Notes: generated from the sequence alone by a model not told the origin. Shown: positions 1 through 10,500, counted from the stretch's first letter. The stretch: 64,000 bases of DNA from Sedimentisphaerales bacterium (GCA_963666285.1 OY762711.1), one strand, 5' to 3'. Numbers and translations are program-made.

Positions 1-1740
1 GAAACCGCTCAGCAGCAGGCCCTGCTTGAATTAATTATTCAATATCATTCAAGTGCATCGACTCTTCATATGGGTTCTTTACAGGTTTCCGGTCAAGTTA
101 ATGGTGTTGTATACAAAGGTGTTGAAAGCAAGGATAGATCAATCTGCTCCTACGTGGCTGTTGTTTCTGATAGTGTTGTTGTGACAAACTCGAAATTCCA
201 GCTGAGGCAAATTGTCAATACATCCAAAGATGCTTGTGACAGCATGGATTCATTGGGAGAATATAAATTCTTCCGTAGTCGCTACGATTCCAATGGAAAT
301 GATCAGAATGCTTTCCTGATTGTTACTGATGCGGCAATCAGAAAATGGTGTGGTCCTAAATGGCGTATTGCTGCTTCTCGCAGGACTATTGCCATGGCAA
401 AGATTGCTGAATTGCAGGCGAGGTATTTTGATGCTTCTTTGAATAAAAAGGCTGAAGATTTTGAACAGGAAATACCTGTTGGCATGGGTGATATTACTGT
501 TGCAAATAATATGGTTGTTTCAGATAAATACGGTACACTGATTTTCCAGGTACCTATTGCGGAAATGGTGATTGATAAAATCAGCAACCGGGAAAAGTCT
601 GCATATTCTGACTTTAGAGAATCATACCAGAGACGCTGGGCAAACTTCTTTGACCCGATTGCTGCTTCGATTTCAATTTCAGACAAAAAATCTGATCTTG
701 ACCTTACTATTATGCCGTTAATACTTGGCAGTGATTATCGCAGTATCGCTGATTTTACAGCTCCTGGTAGTTTGTCAGCAGATGCCGGGGTGATGACCGA
801 TGATACGATGTTCGAAATTACTATAAATCTAAATAAGCAGTCGCAATTTTTCCAGATGTTTAAAGGGCAGTTTACCGGGATGGCTGTTGGATCTGGTGCT
901 CAGAATATCACACCGGATTATGATCCGTTTTCTTGGATGGGCAGCTGGCTGACTTTTAATATCCACAAAGATGCTGTCTGGTCAGAAATCGTTCAGCTGG
1001 CAGAAAAAGAAGATACCAGTGTTTTTAGAATTCTGGAAAGACGATTTTCTGACGGTAATACAGAATTTCCTGTATCTATTTTATTTGATGTAGAAAATAA
1101 AATTGGTGCTAATATGTTTATCGTAACACTTCGAGGTGTTATGGAGAGTATTTCACCCTTTGCGATGACCAGTGAACCAAAATATCATGATAACAATAAA
1201 TATATTAAATTGACGCTGCAGACTGGTGAGTCGGACGGCGACAGGTATAATATTTACTACGCAGTTGTAGATAATGTATTAATATTTTCTCTATCTGAAA
1301 AAATAGTTATATCTCTTTTGGATGGTGAGCTTCGTGATAAAGATAGAAAAAGCACTTATGTTGATGGTGCAAATATGGCTGTCAGGGTTGACCGTTCGAT
1401 GTTAAGCTTTTTACAAAATAACGAAGAGCTGCAAAAGCTTATGTATAATGATTGTTGGAGGAATCTGCCGATATTAAATTATTATCGCCGCGAATTTGGA
1501 ATTCAAAATCCGGTTGCTTTTCACCAGAAGTACTGGGGACAGTTACTTGAATGCCCGGCTGGTGGCGAGTATGTCTGGGATGAAGAGTATCATACTTATT
1601 CATCTACAATACTTGGTCATCCCGGTGACGTTAAAAAAACGGATTCGATACTGCATTTTGAAGGAATTAAAGCGTTTAATTCATGCTTGAAATTTGAAAA
1701 TGATGGCATCAGGGTAAAGGCAGGCCTTGATCATAATTGA
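1..1740 (+). CDS. Hypothetical protein, 5'-partial
   Basis: Frame is open from base 1 to the stop at 1740. Has a C-terminal LECPAGGEY motif; no family recognised. Confidence 0.75.
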   Translation, partial: ETAQQQALLELIIQYHSSASTLHMGSLQVSGQVNGVVYKGVESKDRSICSYVAVVSDSVVVTNSKFQLRQIVNTSKDACDSMDSLGEYKFFRSRYDSNGNDQNAFLIVTDAAIRKWCGPKWRIAASRRTIAMAKIAELQARYFDASLNKKAEDFEQEIPVGMGDITVANNMVVSDKYGTLIFQVPIAEMVIDKISNREKSAYSDFRESYQRRWANFFDPIAASISISDKKSDLDLTIMPLILGSDYRSIADFTAPGSLSADAGVMTDDTMFEITINLNKQSQFFQMFKGQFTGMAVGSGAQNITPDYDPFSWMGSWLTFNIHKDAVWSEIVQLAEKEDTSVFRILERRFSDGNTEFPVSILFDVENKIGANMFIVTLRGVMESISPFAMTSEPKYHDNNKYIKLTLQTGESDGDRYNIYYAVVDNVLIFSLSEKIVISLLDGELRDKDRKSTYVDGANMAVRVDRSMLSFLQNNEELQKLMYNDCWRNLPILNYYRREFGIQNPVAFHQKYWGQLLECPAGGEYVWDEEYHTYSSTILGHPGDVKKTDSILHFEGIKAFNSCLKFENDGIRVKAGLDHN

Positions 1741-1759
1741 GAGTGGTGTTTGCTGGCTT

Positions 1760-3112
1760 ATGAAATTATTGAACAGATTAACATTATTGTTATTGGTGGT
1801 TTATACCAGTTGTATTTGTGGTTGTAACGCACCACGCGAAAAAATAAAGAATTTCGACGATCTTTATACTAGTGGACGTTATGACGCTGCGTTAAACTTT
1901 ACACAGAAGCATATTTCAAAAAATGCAAGTGGTAGCGGAGAGGATTTGCTCTGGTGTTTGAATGCAGGTGTTCTGCATAGGCTCAAACACGAACACAGGC
2001 AAAGTATCGAAATATTTGACCGGGCCGAAGCGATTCTAAAGACTCATGATCTTGGAGAAAATGATCTTGGAGAAACTGCGGTTTCTGCGATTACAAACGA
2101 AACGCTTATTCCATATACTGGTGAAATCTATGACGGTATAATGCTTAATACTTATAAGGGGCTGTCTTTTATGGCACTTGGCGATAATGAACTGGCTCGG
2201 GTTGAATTTAACCGGGCTATGGATCGCCAGCGAAGAGCACTCAAGCAGTATAATGCAGAGTTGGCAAAGCTCAGGGAACAGGAAAAGAAATCCGGTAAAA
2301 CAGTCAAGCTTGACCAGAGTCGTGATATTGTTTCCAGGCATTATCCTGACCTGGACAAATATGAAGTCTATCATGATTTTATTAACCCATTTGCTACATA
2401 TATGGCAGGGCTGTTTTACTTAGTTGACGGTGATGCTAAGAAAGCCGTTGATTATCTCAAGGAATCAGCCGGCATGATGCCTGACAATGAGTATGTTCAA
2501 AATGATCTGAAGCTCGCCGAATCGGTTGTTTTTGCCGATGGCAAGGCCGAAGGTTATGTCTGGATAATCTTTGAAAATGGACTCGGGCCTGTACGTGATG
2601 AGTTTCGAGTTGATCTTCCTATTGATGTTGGAAGAGAGATAATTATGTTTAGCGTGGCATTGCCAAAGCTTGAAAGCCGTTCCAAGGCATGTGCAAACTT
2701 AATGGTTGATGCCGATGGTCAGACTGTAAAGACCAGGCTGCTGACTAGTATGGATCGCATTATTCAGACCGAGTTCAAAAAAGATTACGGCTCGATTCTG
2801 ACTCGTGCTATTCTTGCATCTACCTCGAAAGCTGTTATGCAGTATTCGCTGCGAGACAAGGATTCGGCTGTGCAATTGCTCTCAATGGCATATACTGCTC
2901 TCTCAACTACTGCTGATACAAGGATATGGACTACTTTGCCCAAAAATTTCCAGGCTGCACGAATTGATATGCCAAGCGATAAAAAAGTGAAACTTACCGC
3001 TCCCGGCAGCAGTATAATAGATATAGACCTTGGCGAATGTAAAAACGCGATAATATATGTAAAGCTGCCTGTAACGACAGGTAATGTTGTTTATGATGTA
3101 ATGAAATATTAA
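1760..3112 (+). CDS. COG3014-like TPR lipoprotein
   Basis: Lipobox-like ICGC, TPR-like helices and C-terminal ADTRIWTTLP motif. Lies upstream of ycfL/lpoB-like genes, the usual arrangement. Confidence 0.75.
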   Translation: MKLLNRLTLLLLVVYTSCICGCNAPREKIKNFDDLYTSGRYDAALNFTQKHISKNASGSGEDLLWCLNAGVLHRLKHEHRQSIEIFDRAEAILKTHDLGENDLGETAVSAITNETLIPYTGEIYDGIMLNTYKGLSFMALGDNELARVEFNRAMDRQRRALKQYNAELAKLREQEKKSGKTVKLDQSRDIVSRHYPDLDKYEVYHDFINPFATYMAGLFYLVDGDAKKAVDYLKESAGMMPDNEYVQNDLKLAESVVFADGKAEGYVWIIFENGLGPVRDEFRVDLPIDVGREIIMFSVALPKLESRSKACANLMVDADGQTVKTRLLTSMDRIIQTEFKKDYGSILTRAILASTSKAVMQYSLRDKDSAVQLLSMAYTALSTTADTRIWTTLPKNFQAARIDMPSDKKVKLTAPGSSIIDIDLGECKNAIIYVKLPVTTGNVVYDVMKY

Positions 3113-3176
3113 GAAGCGGTTATGATTGAATTTTATAATGAAAACAATTAAGACAGATAAAATAAGGAGACAAGCT

Positions 3177-3614
3177 ATGAAAAAGACAATGTGTATTTTG
3201 CTATTAAGCGGGTTGGCGTTTCTGGCCGGTTGCGGACAGGGCAGCCCAGATCCAAGGGTTGGCACCAGCGAAGGTGTAGGAACTGCTACGCCGGGCGATA
3301 ATCCGGTAATTAATATTGTCAGGCATCCAATCAGCGATCTTTTTGGAGATGCTATCGATATTCTCGATGTTGACACGCGTACAAACAATGCCGGTTTTTA
3401 TGAGGTTAGTGTCAGGGCTCATAATCGGTCTCATAAGATTATCAAGTTCGAATATCGTTTCAGATGGGTTGATAAGGACGGATTTCCGCTCGACAGTCAA
3501 GGTTCGGTCTGGAAACTGTCCAGTGCTCAGCCGGGACTTGGTTTCTATTTCTCAGGCGTAGCTCCATTTAAGGAAGCAGCCAACTTCAAACTGGATGTAA
3601 GGCCTATTAAGTAA
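3177..3614 (+). CDS. YcfL/DUF1425 family lipoprotein
   Basis: RBS AGGAGA, lipobox LAGC and a YRFRWVDKDG motif. Confidence 0.75.
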   Translation: MKKTMCILLLSGLAFLAGCGQGSPDPRVGTSEGVGTATPGDNPVINIVRHPISDLFGDAIDILDVDTRTNNAGFYEVSVRAHNRSHKIIKFEYRFRWVDKDGFPLDSQGSVWKLSSAQPGLGFYFSGVAPFKEAANFKLDVRPIK

Positions 3615-3757
3615 TTGAACGCATGGCAAGAAGATATGGGCAGATTTAAGATCGATGGCAATACAGTTAAACGCTATTAGCAGTTGATAAGTCGTTTTGC
3701 CTGATATGCTGTAAGCCCATTTGTATAATGGATTTAACATTAATAGAGGAAATAATT

Positions 3758-4369
3758 ATGAAAAAAATACTGTATACTGCATTATCGTTATTTTTGGCTT
3801 TGGCTATGATTGGCTGTCAGCCTGCAACTACTAATATTGATTCTGTCAATGATACTGGTAAGCCCTTAATGGGTTTGGACTATCGTGACTTCGCTCGTGC
3901 TGCTTCAGATATGGTTCAGTCTATGAGCCGTTCTGCGGCCTTGCAGAAGCCGGGTGGCGGTCGTTATGTTATGGCTACATCAACAATTAAGAACGATACC
4001 ATGCTGCGTATTGATACTGATCAGTTGATGGCAAAGATCCAGGAAGAGCTGCTTAATAGCGGGCGAGTAGTCTTTACCAGCTCTATTGGTACAGGTGATA
4101 GTGTCGATGAAATGATTCGTAAAGCTCGTGACCTTCGCAGTGACCCAGAATACAATAAGAAGACCGTTCAGGAAAAGGGTAAGTTGATTGCACCTGATTT
4201 GAGTATTTCCGGTAAAATAATCCAGAAGAATATGGATTATGACAAAAAGACTCAACAGGTTGAATATTATTTCCAGTTGAGGATCACCAGTCTGGAAGAT
4301 GGCCTGGTTATCTGGCAGCGTGAAACATTTATTGGCAAACGCGGCAGCGACAAGTCAGTTGCCTGGTAA
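3758..4369 (+). CDS. lpoB: Penicillin-binding protein activator LpoB family lipoprotein
   Basis: Lipobox MIGC; IKNDT..IDTD and YYFQLRITSLEDGLVIW motifs; operon context. Confidence 0.75.
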   Translation: MKKILYTALSLFLALAMIGCQPATTNIDSVNDTGKPLMGLDYRDFARAASDMVQSMSRSAALQKPGGGRYVMATSTIKNDTMLRIDTDQLMAKIQEELLNSGRVVFTSSIGTGDSVDEMIRKARDLRSDPEYNKKTVQEKGKLIAPDLSISGKIIQKNMDYDKKTQQVEYYFQLRITSLEDGLVIWQRETFIGKRGSDKSVAW

Positions 4370-4394
4370 TGCATAAGGTTTTAATAGTGATAGT

Positions 4395-4431
4395 AAAAAA
4401 AGCTCCGGAGATAAATACTTCGGAGCTTTTT
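4395..4431. terminator. Bidirectional intrinsic terminator
   Basis: AAAAAAAGCTCCGGAG-ataaata-CTTCGGAGCTTTTT between convergent genes. Confidence 0.8.
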
Positions 4432-4463
4432 AATTTTTTAGTATGAAATGAGTTGTTGTATCT

Positions 4464-5714
4464 TTAGGCGTCGCCTTTATTTAGCAGCAGGAAGATTACC
4501 AGGACAGCAATTCCAAGCAGGCCGCTGAGGATAATTACGGCAATCTTCAATCCTAACTGCTGAGGCTGCATATTTGCAACATCATCAATGTCGAGTTCCA
4601 TTTCTGTCCCGCTGGTTTCCAGGGAATCGAGCATGTTTGGGTCAAAGTCCTTATGGGCGTGCAGCGGCGGCATGCCTTCTTTGATATTCATAAGGTCTTC
4701 TTTTAAGGTTTGTGCAGAAGGGTACCTGTCTTTTCGCTTTTTAGCCATCATGGTTTCAATGACCTCAGCGATTCCAACGCTAAGTGACCTATTAATATGG
4801 TCTGGTGGTACCAGTTGTTCCTTGAGATGCTTGTGCATTACTGCAGAAGGGGTTGACGCTTCAAACGGCACCTTTCCGGTAACCATATGATAAAGCATTG
4901 CGCCCAAAGAATATATATCAGCTCGGAAGTCGATATCGACTTCGCCGCGTATCTGTTCAGGTGAGATATAGTATGGTGTGCCGTAAGCCCGGCCTGCTTC
5001 CATTTTAGCTGCTTCGGTATCGGCGGCTTCACGTGCCAGACCCATATCAGCCAGTTTCGCTACGCCGTCTTCGGTAATCATAACGTTTTTAGGCTTAACA
5101 TCGCGGTGGATAAGTCCTTTTGCGTGGGCATGGATCAGGGCGTCGGTAATCTGCAGGATTATGTCGATAGCATCAGCCTCAGAGTATACCTTATTGGCGG
5201 CCAGGTCATCATAGACAGTTTTGCCTTTGACGTATTCCATAACGAAATAATGATATCCGCCGGCTTCACCTACGTCTATTGCCTGTACGATGTTACGATG
5301 GTTAAGCTTGGCCGCGGCTTTGCCTTCTTTATAGAACCGTTCGACGTATTCGGGATTTTCGCTGAGTCGTTTTGGTAGTACCTTAATTGCCACATATCGG
5401 TCGAGAGAAACCTGCCTGGCTTTGAAAACGGTAGCCATCGCACCGGCACCAAGTTTCTCAAGTATCTGGAAACCAGGTATTTGCTGTGTCGGCCTGGAAT
5501 CTTCTACAACTTTGCGAACACGGGTAAGCTGAGATTGGGTCAGGAAACCGTTGGTGACAAGTGCTTCGGCCAGGCTGAGAATTTTACCATTGGTAGAATC
5601 AGATAAGTTCTTATCTTTCATCCTTTTAAGGCAATGCTGCACTTCTTTTTCGGTACAAAGGTTGCTTTCGACAACAATTTTACCCAGTATGGAATCTACA
5701 TTTGTTTCTGCCAT
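4464..5714 (-). CDS. Hanks-type Ser/Thr protein kinase with C-terminal TM helix
   Basis: LGAGAMATV, VAIK, HRDVKPKN, DMGLA and GTPYYISPEQ motifs; hydrophobic C-terminus. Confidence 0.92.
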   Translation of the reverse strand: MAETNVDSILGKIVVESNLCTEKEVQHCLKRMKDKNLSDSTNGKILSLAEALVTNGFLTQSQLTRVRKVVEDSRPTQQIPGFQILEKLGAGAMATVFKARQVSLDRYVAIKVLPKRLSENPEYVERFYKEGKAAAKLNHRNIVQAIDVGEAGGYHYFVMEYVKGKTVYDDLAANKVYSEADAIDIILQITDALIHAHAKGLIHRDVKPKNVMITEDGVAKLADMGLAREAADTEAAKMEAGRAYGTPYYISPEQIRGEVDIDFRADIYSLGAMLYHMVTGKVPFEASTPSAVMHKHLKEQLVPPDHINRSLSVGIAEVIETMMAKKRKDRYPSAQTLKEDLMNIKEGMPPLHAHKDFDPNMLDSLETSGTEMELDIDDVANMQPQQLGLKIAVIILSGLLGIAVLVIFLLLNKGDA

Positions 5715-6201
5715 ATTAAAAAACTGCCCCAGGTATTACCGCATAAAGCGGATACACGTCTAAATCATGGTTTAGATGTGATCGCTTATTCCACTAAACG
5801 CAATTTAACTAAACCTTAATAATATAAAAAGTTAAATGTCAATTATGAAAAAAAAAGACGTACATTAAATTATAATCTTTGTAAGTATGTCAGTCAAACA
5901 AGTTAATCCAGTTTTTTCCCCTTATTTTGTGTTTCTTGGCATAAAACCACAATATTTAGAGTTATAGGACCTGGTTTATGTGTAAAACTGTATAGTTTTG
6001 CTAACCAAGTTGCTGTTATCATTACTGTTATCGGCAAGAAACAGTTTGGCAATTAATCTTGAAAAATGAGATAGACATATTTTGAAAATAGATTATAATA
6101 ACCCGTCTGATTGGCAGGAACTGGCAAGGTTTTTGCATAGAAGGCAGGCATTATAGAATATTAGTCTGCAAGTCATTTATTAGAAGTGGCTTAGAGAACA
6201 A

Positions 6202-6333
6202 GTTGAGGCGGTTTGATCAGGCAGGGTCCCTGACAAGCTTGCATTGCGAACCTGGTCAGGCCGGGAACGGAGCAGCCATAAGCATTTAGCAAGTTGTGTT
6301 AGGATCAACCCTGTCTGATCAAGTTGCCTCAAC
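6202..6333 (+). ncRNA. ffs: Signal recognition particle RNA (small bacterial SRP)
   Basis: Conserved apical motif TCAGGCCGGGAACGGAGCAGC inside one long hairpin (GTTGAGGC...GCCTCAAC; TTGATCAGGCAGGGT...ACCCTGTCTGATCAA), directly upstream of dnaX. Ends are approximate. Confidence 0.88.
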
Positions 6334-6413
6334 GGAAGAAAACTTAACCGTGGTGGGGCTGTTGAACAGGTTTCATTTTCGGAAAAAATCAGATCATGGA
6401 TTTCCTCTAAGAT

Positions 6414-8171
6414 ATGTCATATACTGTACTTGCAAGAAGATATCGCTCCGAGAGCTTCGACGATGTTGTCGGCCAGGAAGCTCCGGCTCAGACTTTGAAA
6501 AATGCTATCGAGACCGGTCGGGTAGCTCATGCATATCTATTTACCGGTACCCGCGGGGTTGGTAAGACTACAATGGCCAGGATTCTCGCTAAAGCGTTGA
6601 ACTGCCTGGAGTTCGATGGTCCAACAACTACGCCGTGCTGTAAGTGTGACAGCTGCCAGGCGATAGCCGAGGGTAATGATATTGACGTAATCGAGATTGA
6701 CGGAGCGAGTAATACGGGTGTTGATAATATCCGCGAGCTTCGTCAGAATGCGATCTATAAGCCTGCCAGGTCACGATTTAAGATATATATCATAGATGAA
6801 GTGCATATGCTGTCGTCGGGAGCATTTAACGCGTTATTGAAGACTCTGGAAGAGCCCCCTGACCATGTTAAATTCATCTTTGCAACTACCGAGTCTAATA
6901 AGATTCTGCCAACGATTTTGAGCAGATGTCAGCGATTTGATTTTCGTAATATCAGTGCCGAAGAGATTGCAAGTCATTTAACAGCAATACTTAAGGAAGA
7001 GAAAGTTAAGGCTGAGGATAAGCTTATCCGTCGGGTTGCCAGGCTGGCGAACGGTTCGATGCGTGACGGTTTGAGTCTGTTGGACCAGATTTTGAGTATG
7101 GCCAAGGACGAGCTGACGCTGGATATGCTGAACGAGCTGCTGGGAACGCCAGGTCGCGAGCGTGTAATTGATTTGGTAGCAAGTATTTGTGAAGAAGATG
7201 TTGCGGGGGTATTGAACCAGATAGATGATGCTTTGCAGGCGGGTTTGTCGCTGGAGCAGATAATAGACAGTTTACAGGGGCATTTCCGCGACTTGATGAT
7301 CATTCGTAACTGCGGAGTTGACAGTGAGTTAGTGGATGAAGGCGATCAAGAATGCCGGGAGGTTCTGAGGGGTCAGTCGGAGAAGTTTGATGACTCGTCG
7401 CTGGTGTACTATATAACTGTAATGGAAGAACTTAAGCGTGCAGTAAAGAGCAGCGGCAGCGGGCGTGCTATGCTGGAAGCGGCGATGGTGCGAATCAGTG
7501 CCGCGGAACGGTTTAGCGATACGAGCGCGTTGATAAAGAAATTGCAGACGTTACCTGCGGGCGGCGGATCAGCGGGAGGTCATGCAGCAGTATCGGGTGG
7601 TATGCCGGGGCCGAGCGGAGCGAAAGCGGGATATACGCGAAACAGCGGTGTGACGAAACCGTCAGCGTCATCGAGCGGCGGGTATGCTTCGGGCAGCGGC
7701 GCCGGAACGGCGTCGAGCGGAGGCAGCGCGTCGTCGTTAAGTTTGCCGTCAGAAATCACCACAGAGTGGCTAAAAAGCAACTGGGCCAACCTTTTACACG
7801 AGCTTCGAAAGACCAGTAAGAACCTGGTTTCTTATATTTCATCGGCGCATGTTTCAGAATTTGATAAAGGGAATTTAACTATTATTTACCCGGCTGAGAG
7901 TGTGGGTATGATAACTGCGATGGAGCGGATCGCGTCGGTTAAGACCGGGATAGAGGCCGGGCTCGGTAAGCTGCTGAATGTTAAGGTTAGTCTTAACCCG
8001 GTAGCGGCTGAGGGTGGGAGCCATTCAAAAAAAAACGCTAGAATAGTGGCACCGGGCGCGCGGCCGAGCCAGGAAGAGAATAATACCGCGGCCCAGGATG
8101 AGAATGTCCAGATGGTAATAAAGGAGCTGGGCGGTAAGATTACGGGGATAGAAAAAATTCAAGATCGTTGA
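6414..8171 (+). CDS. dnaX: DNA polymerase III subunit gamma/tau
   Basis: LARRYR, HAYLFTGTRGVGKTT, zinc Cys cluster, IIDEVHML, SRC motif; Gly/Ser-rich linker. Confidence 0.97.
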   Translation: MSYTVLARRYRSESFDDVVGQEAPAQTLKNAIETGRVAHAYLFTGTRGVGKTTMARILAKALNCLEFDGPTTTPCCKCDSCQAIAEGNDIDVIEIDGASNTGVDNIRELRQNAIYKPARSRFKIYIIDEVHMLSSGAFNALLKTLEEPPDHVKFIFATTESNKILPTILSRCQRFDFRNISAEEIASHLTAILKEEKVKAEDKLIRRVARLANGSMRDGLSLLDQILSMAKDELTLDMLNELLGTPGRERVIDLVASICEEDVAGVLNQIDDALQAGLSLEQIIDSLQGHFRDLMIIRNCGVDSELVDEGDQECREVLRGQSEKFDDSSLVYYITVMEELKRAVKSSGSGRAMLEAAMVRISAAERFSDTSALIKKLQTLPAGGGSAGGHAAVSGGMPGPSGAKAGYTRNSGVTKPSASSSGGYASGSGAGTASSGGSASSLSLPSEITTEWLKSNWANLLHELRKTSKNLVSYISSAHVSEFDKGNLTIIYPAESVGMITAMERIASVKTGIEAGLGKLLNVKVSLNPVAAEGGSHSKKNARIVAPGARPSQEENNTAAQDENVQMVIKELGGKITGIEKIQDR

Positions 8172-8183
8172 TCTTGAATTTTT

Positions 8184-8257
8184 GAGTGAAGAGGGAAGAA
8201 CTAATAGTGAAGAGTTAAGGTGTTCGTCCGCTTTTGCGGACTCACGTTAGTTTAAAT
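8184..8257 (+). repeat. Heptamer-array + GTGTTC-stem-TCAC intergenic module
   Basis: GTGAAGA-type heptamers, then AAGGTGTTC-GTCCGC-TTTT-GCGGAC-TCAC and TTTAAAT. Related copies occur throughout 8-46 kb. Confidence 0.85.
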
Positions 8258-8259
8258 AT

Positions 8260-8631
8260 ATGAAGGGAAAGATCATGAAACAGTCGTCCGTGCTTCGTGA
8301 GAAAAGCTATGGTTTTGCACTAAGAATTGTTAAGTGTACACAATATCTCCAAAAAAATTGTAAGGAGTTTGTGCTTAGTAAGCAATTGATTAGGTGTGGA
8401 ACATCTGTAGGTGCTTTGGTAAGGGAGGCAGAGTATGCCCAAAGCAGGTCAGATTTTTGCAGTAAAATGAGTATTGCTTTGAAAGAAGCCAACGAAACAG
8501 ATTATTGGATAGAGTTGCTGAAAGATTCTGGAGTAATTGAAAATAAGATATATGAGAGCTTGCATGGAGATTGTAATGAACTGATCTCTATGTTAGTATC
8601 TACAGTGAAAACGTCTAAAAGTAATAAATAA
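8260..8631 (+). CDS. Four-helix-bundle protein (23S rRNA IVP/Avd-like family)
   Basis: KSY.FALRIV, LSKQLIRCGTSVGALVREA, SRSDF..KMSIALKEANETDYWIELL. The start could be 8275. Confidence 0.9.
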   Translation: MKGKIMKQSSVLREKSYGFALRIVKCTQYLQKNCKEFVLSKQLIRCGTSVGALVREAEYAQSRSDFCSKMSIALKEANETDYWIELLKDSGVIENKIYESLHGDCNELISMLVSTVKTSKSNK

Positions 8632-8641
8632 CAGGTAAATT

Positions 8642-8992
8642 ATGTTTGGAAATTTAGGAAATCTTGCGAGTATGATGGGTAAGCTGCCGAAGCTGCAGGA
8701 GAATATGAAGAAGGCTCAGGACGAGCTTAAGAATGTGGTGGTTGAAGCGTCGAGCGGGGGCGGGGTGGTAACCGCTAAGATGAACGGTAAGTTCGAGCTG
8801 ATAAGTGTGAAGATTAATAAGGATATGCCGGGGGTGGCGGATGATCTTGAGATGCTGGAAGATTTGGTGACGGCTGCGGTAAATATGGCGCAGCAGAAGG
8901 CGGCTGAAGCTGCGAAGGCTAAGATGATGGAGGCGTTTGGCGATATGGGACTGCCGAATTTGGATCAATTGGGACCGATGCTTGGCATGTAG
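8642..8992 (+). CDS. ybaB: YbaB/EbfC nucleoid-associated protein
   Basis: ASSGGGVVTAKMNGK and DLEMLEDLVTAAVN; follows dnaX. Confidence 0.92.
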   Translation: MFGNLGNLASMMGKLPKLQENMKKAQDELKNVVVEASSGGGVVTAKMNGKFELISVKINKDMPGVADDLEMLEDLVTAAVNMAQQKAAEAAKAKMMEAFGDMGLPNLDQLGPMLGM

Positions 8993-9003
8993 ACATGCTA
9001 AGT

Positions 9004-9264
9004 AAGTGAAGAGTGAAGAACTTAGAGTGAAGAGTTGAGGTGTTCGCTAACGCTCACGTTTATTTTAAATGCCTGCGGCGACCAGACCTCAATAATAAGT
9101 GAAGAGTGAAGAATTGAGGTGTCCAGATGTACGTTGACATCAGGAATAATTCGCTGACGCGAGCTATTTTAAATGCGCGGGTGGGCTAAGAGCTAAACCA
9201 CGAATGAACGCGAATGAACACCAATAATATATAAGGTGACTCGCTACCGCTCGTATTATTTTTA
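9004..9264 (+). repeat. Three consecutive intergenic modules
   Basis: Heptamer array + GTGTTC-GC-TAAC-GC-TCAC; heptamer array + CCAGATGT-ACGTTG-ACATCAGG hairpin; 10-mer array (CACGAATGAA CGCGAATGAA) + TCGCTACCGCTCG. Confidence 0.85.
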
Positions 9265-9420
9265 TGCTCAGCCGAGGACGGCTAAGCTACTATGTCCTTA
9301 ACGATGTTGGTTTGGATGGAGATTGCATTTGTGTTAGCGGATGAAGAAAAAAAAATTTGGCCCACAGATTTTATTAAATGTACTCGTTGCCATTCACGCT
9401 GGTTTGATTGGTTAATATAG

Positions 9421-10290
9421 ATGAAGAAAAGAAAAAAACAATTCCATAAAATTAGCTCCGGAGTTGTAAAGCTTAACAAAGTTGACCAGCAATGGCTGGT
9501 CAGAGCTGGGCTTCCTACGGAATTGGAGATATTGAATAGTCTTAAAGATATTGATTTAAGTCATAGTGATTTTGGAAGTATTGTCCCCATATTATTTTCG
9601 CTTGAATCTTTGGAAAAACTAAACCTGCATGATTCTGGGAATAAAGAGATATCTGATGCAATTGGAAATCTTAAATCAATTAAAAAGTTGGATTTGAGTT
9701 TTAATCAAATTGTTAAGCTTCCTAAAAATATATGTAATTTGTCATCATTGGAATATTTATGTTTATCGATAAATGATATAGAAGAGTTACCAGATACAAT
9801 TGGAGGCTTAGGCGGGTTAATATCTCTGGAAATACCATATAATAGACTAACAAAGTTGCCAGAATCAATAGGTCAGCTTGAATTCCTTGAAGAACTGATT
9901 GTAAATGATAATAATCTGACAAAGTTGCCAGAATCAATAGGTCAGCTTGAATTTCTTGAAGAACTGATTGTAAATGATAATAATCTGACAAAGTTACCTG
10001 AATCAATAGGAAATCTCAAATCATTACGCCTCCTTGACCTTTCAAATAATAAACTTAAAGAGATTCCTGATTCGTTGAAACATTTGAAATCACTGAAAGA
10101 ACTAAATCTAGCCAACAATCAAATCAAAGTAGTTCCTGAGTGGATAGCAGAAACAGAGATGGCAGTAGTTTTGAAGAACAGCTGTTCGTCGTATCAGGTC
10201 AGTTTAGGAAAGAATCCAATAGAGGAACCTCCGATTGAAGTGGTGCGGAATGGTAAGGCGGCAATTAAAGAATATTATAGTAAGAAATGA
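9421..10290 (+). CDS. Leucine-rich repeat protein (23-aa LPxSIGxL repeats)
   Basis: NxLTKLPESIGQLxxLxxLxxxxN repeats; C-terminal cap GKNPIEEPPIEVVRNGKAAIKEYY. Confidence 0.9.
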   Translation: MKKRKKQFHKISSGVVKLNKVDQQWLVRAGLPTELEILNSLKDIDLSHSDFGSIVPILFSLESLEKLNLHDSGNKEISDAIGNLKSIKKLDLSFNQIVKLPKNICNLSSLEYLCLSINDIEELPDTIGGLGGLISLEIPYNRLTKLPESIGQLEFLEELIVNDNNLTKLPESIGQLEFLEELIVNDNNLTKLPESIGNLKSLRLLDLSNNKLKEIPDSLKHLKSLKELNLANNQIKVVPEWIAETEMAVVLKNSCSSYQVSLGKNPIEEPPIEVVRNGKAAIKEYYSKK

Positions 10291-10349
10291 TAGTTGTGCT
10301 AATATGAGTTTTTAATTGCCAGGTTATGTGATAATATGGTTAATGAAAA

Positions 10350-10417
10350 GTCGTGCGTACGCACTCCGGCACTTTTCAGGCGGAGCTGAAAAGTTGAGGT
10401 TTCGCCTGGTGGCGAGG
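10350..10417 (+). repeat. Triple-hairpin repeat, copy 1 of 5
   Basis: GTGC-GTAC-GCAC, ACTTTTCAG-GCGGAG-CTGAAAAGT and TCGCC-TGGT-GGCGA. Other copies start at 12341, 12875, 22410 and 22899. Confidence 0.85.
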
Positions 10418-10500
10418 TAGATTTAAGTTTTTTTTTAAGATGATAGTTATCCACGGGTTTATATGCTGAGCAAGCGGAGCTTGCTAGATAGTTGAGCAGG

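Noticed and set aside
8220..8245. Bottom-strand GTGAGTCCGC..GCGGACGAAC as a hammerhead ribozyme
   Set aside because: It resembles stem II plus GAA, but the CUGANGA core and stems I and III are absent.
9292..9420. 42-codon ORF with CxxC ending just before the LRR start
   Set aside because: No RBS or recognisable family; too short to support.
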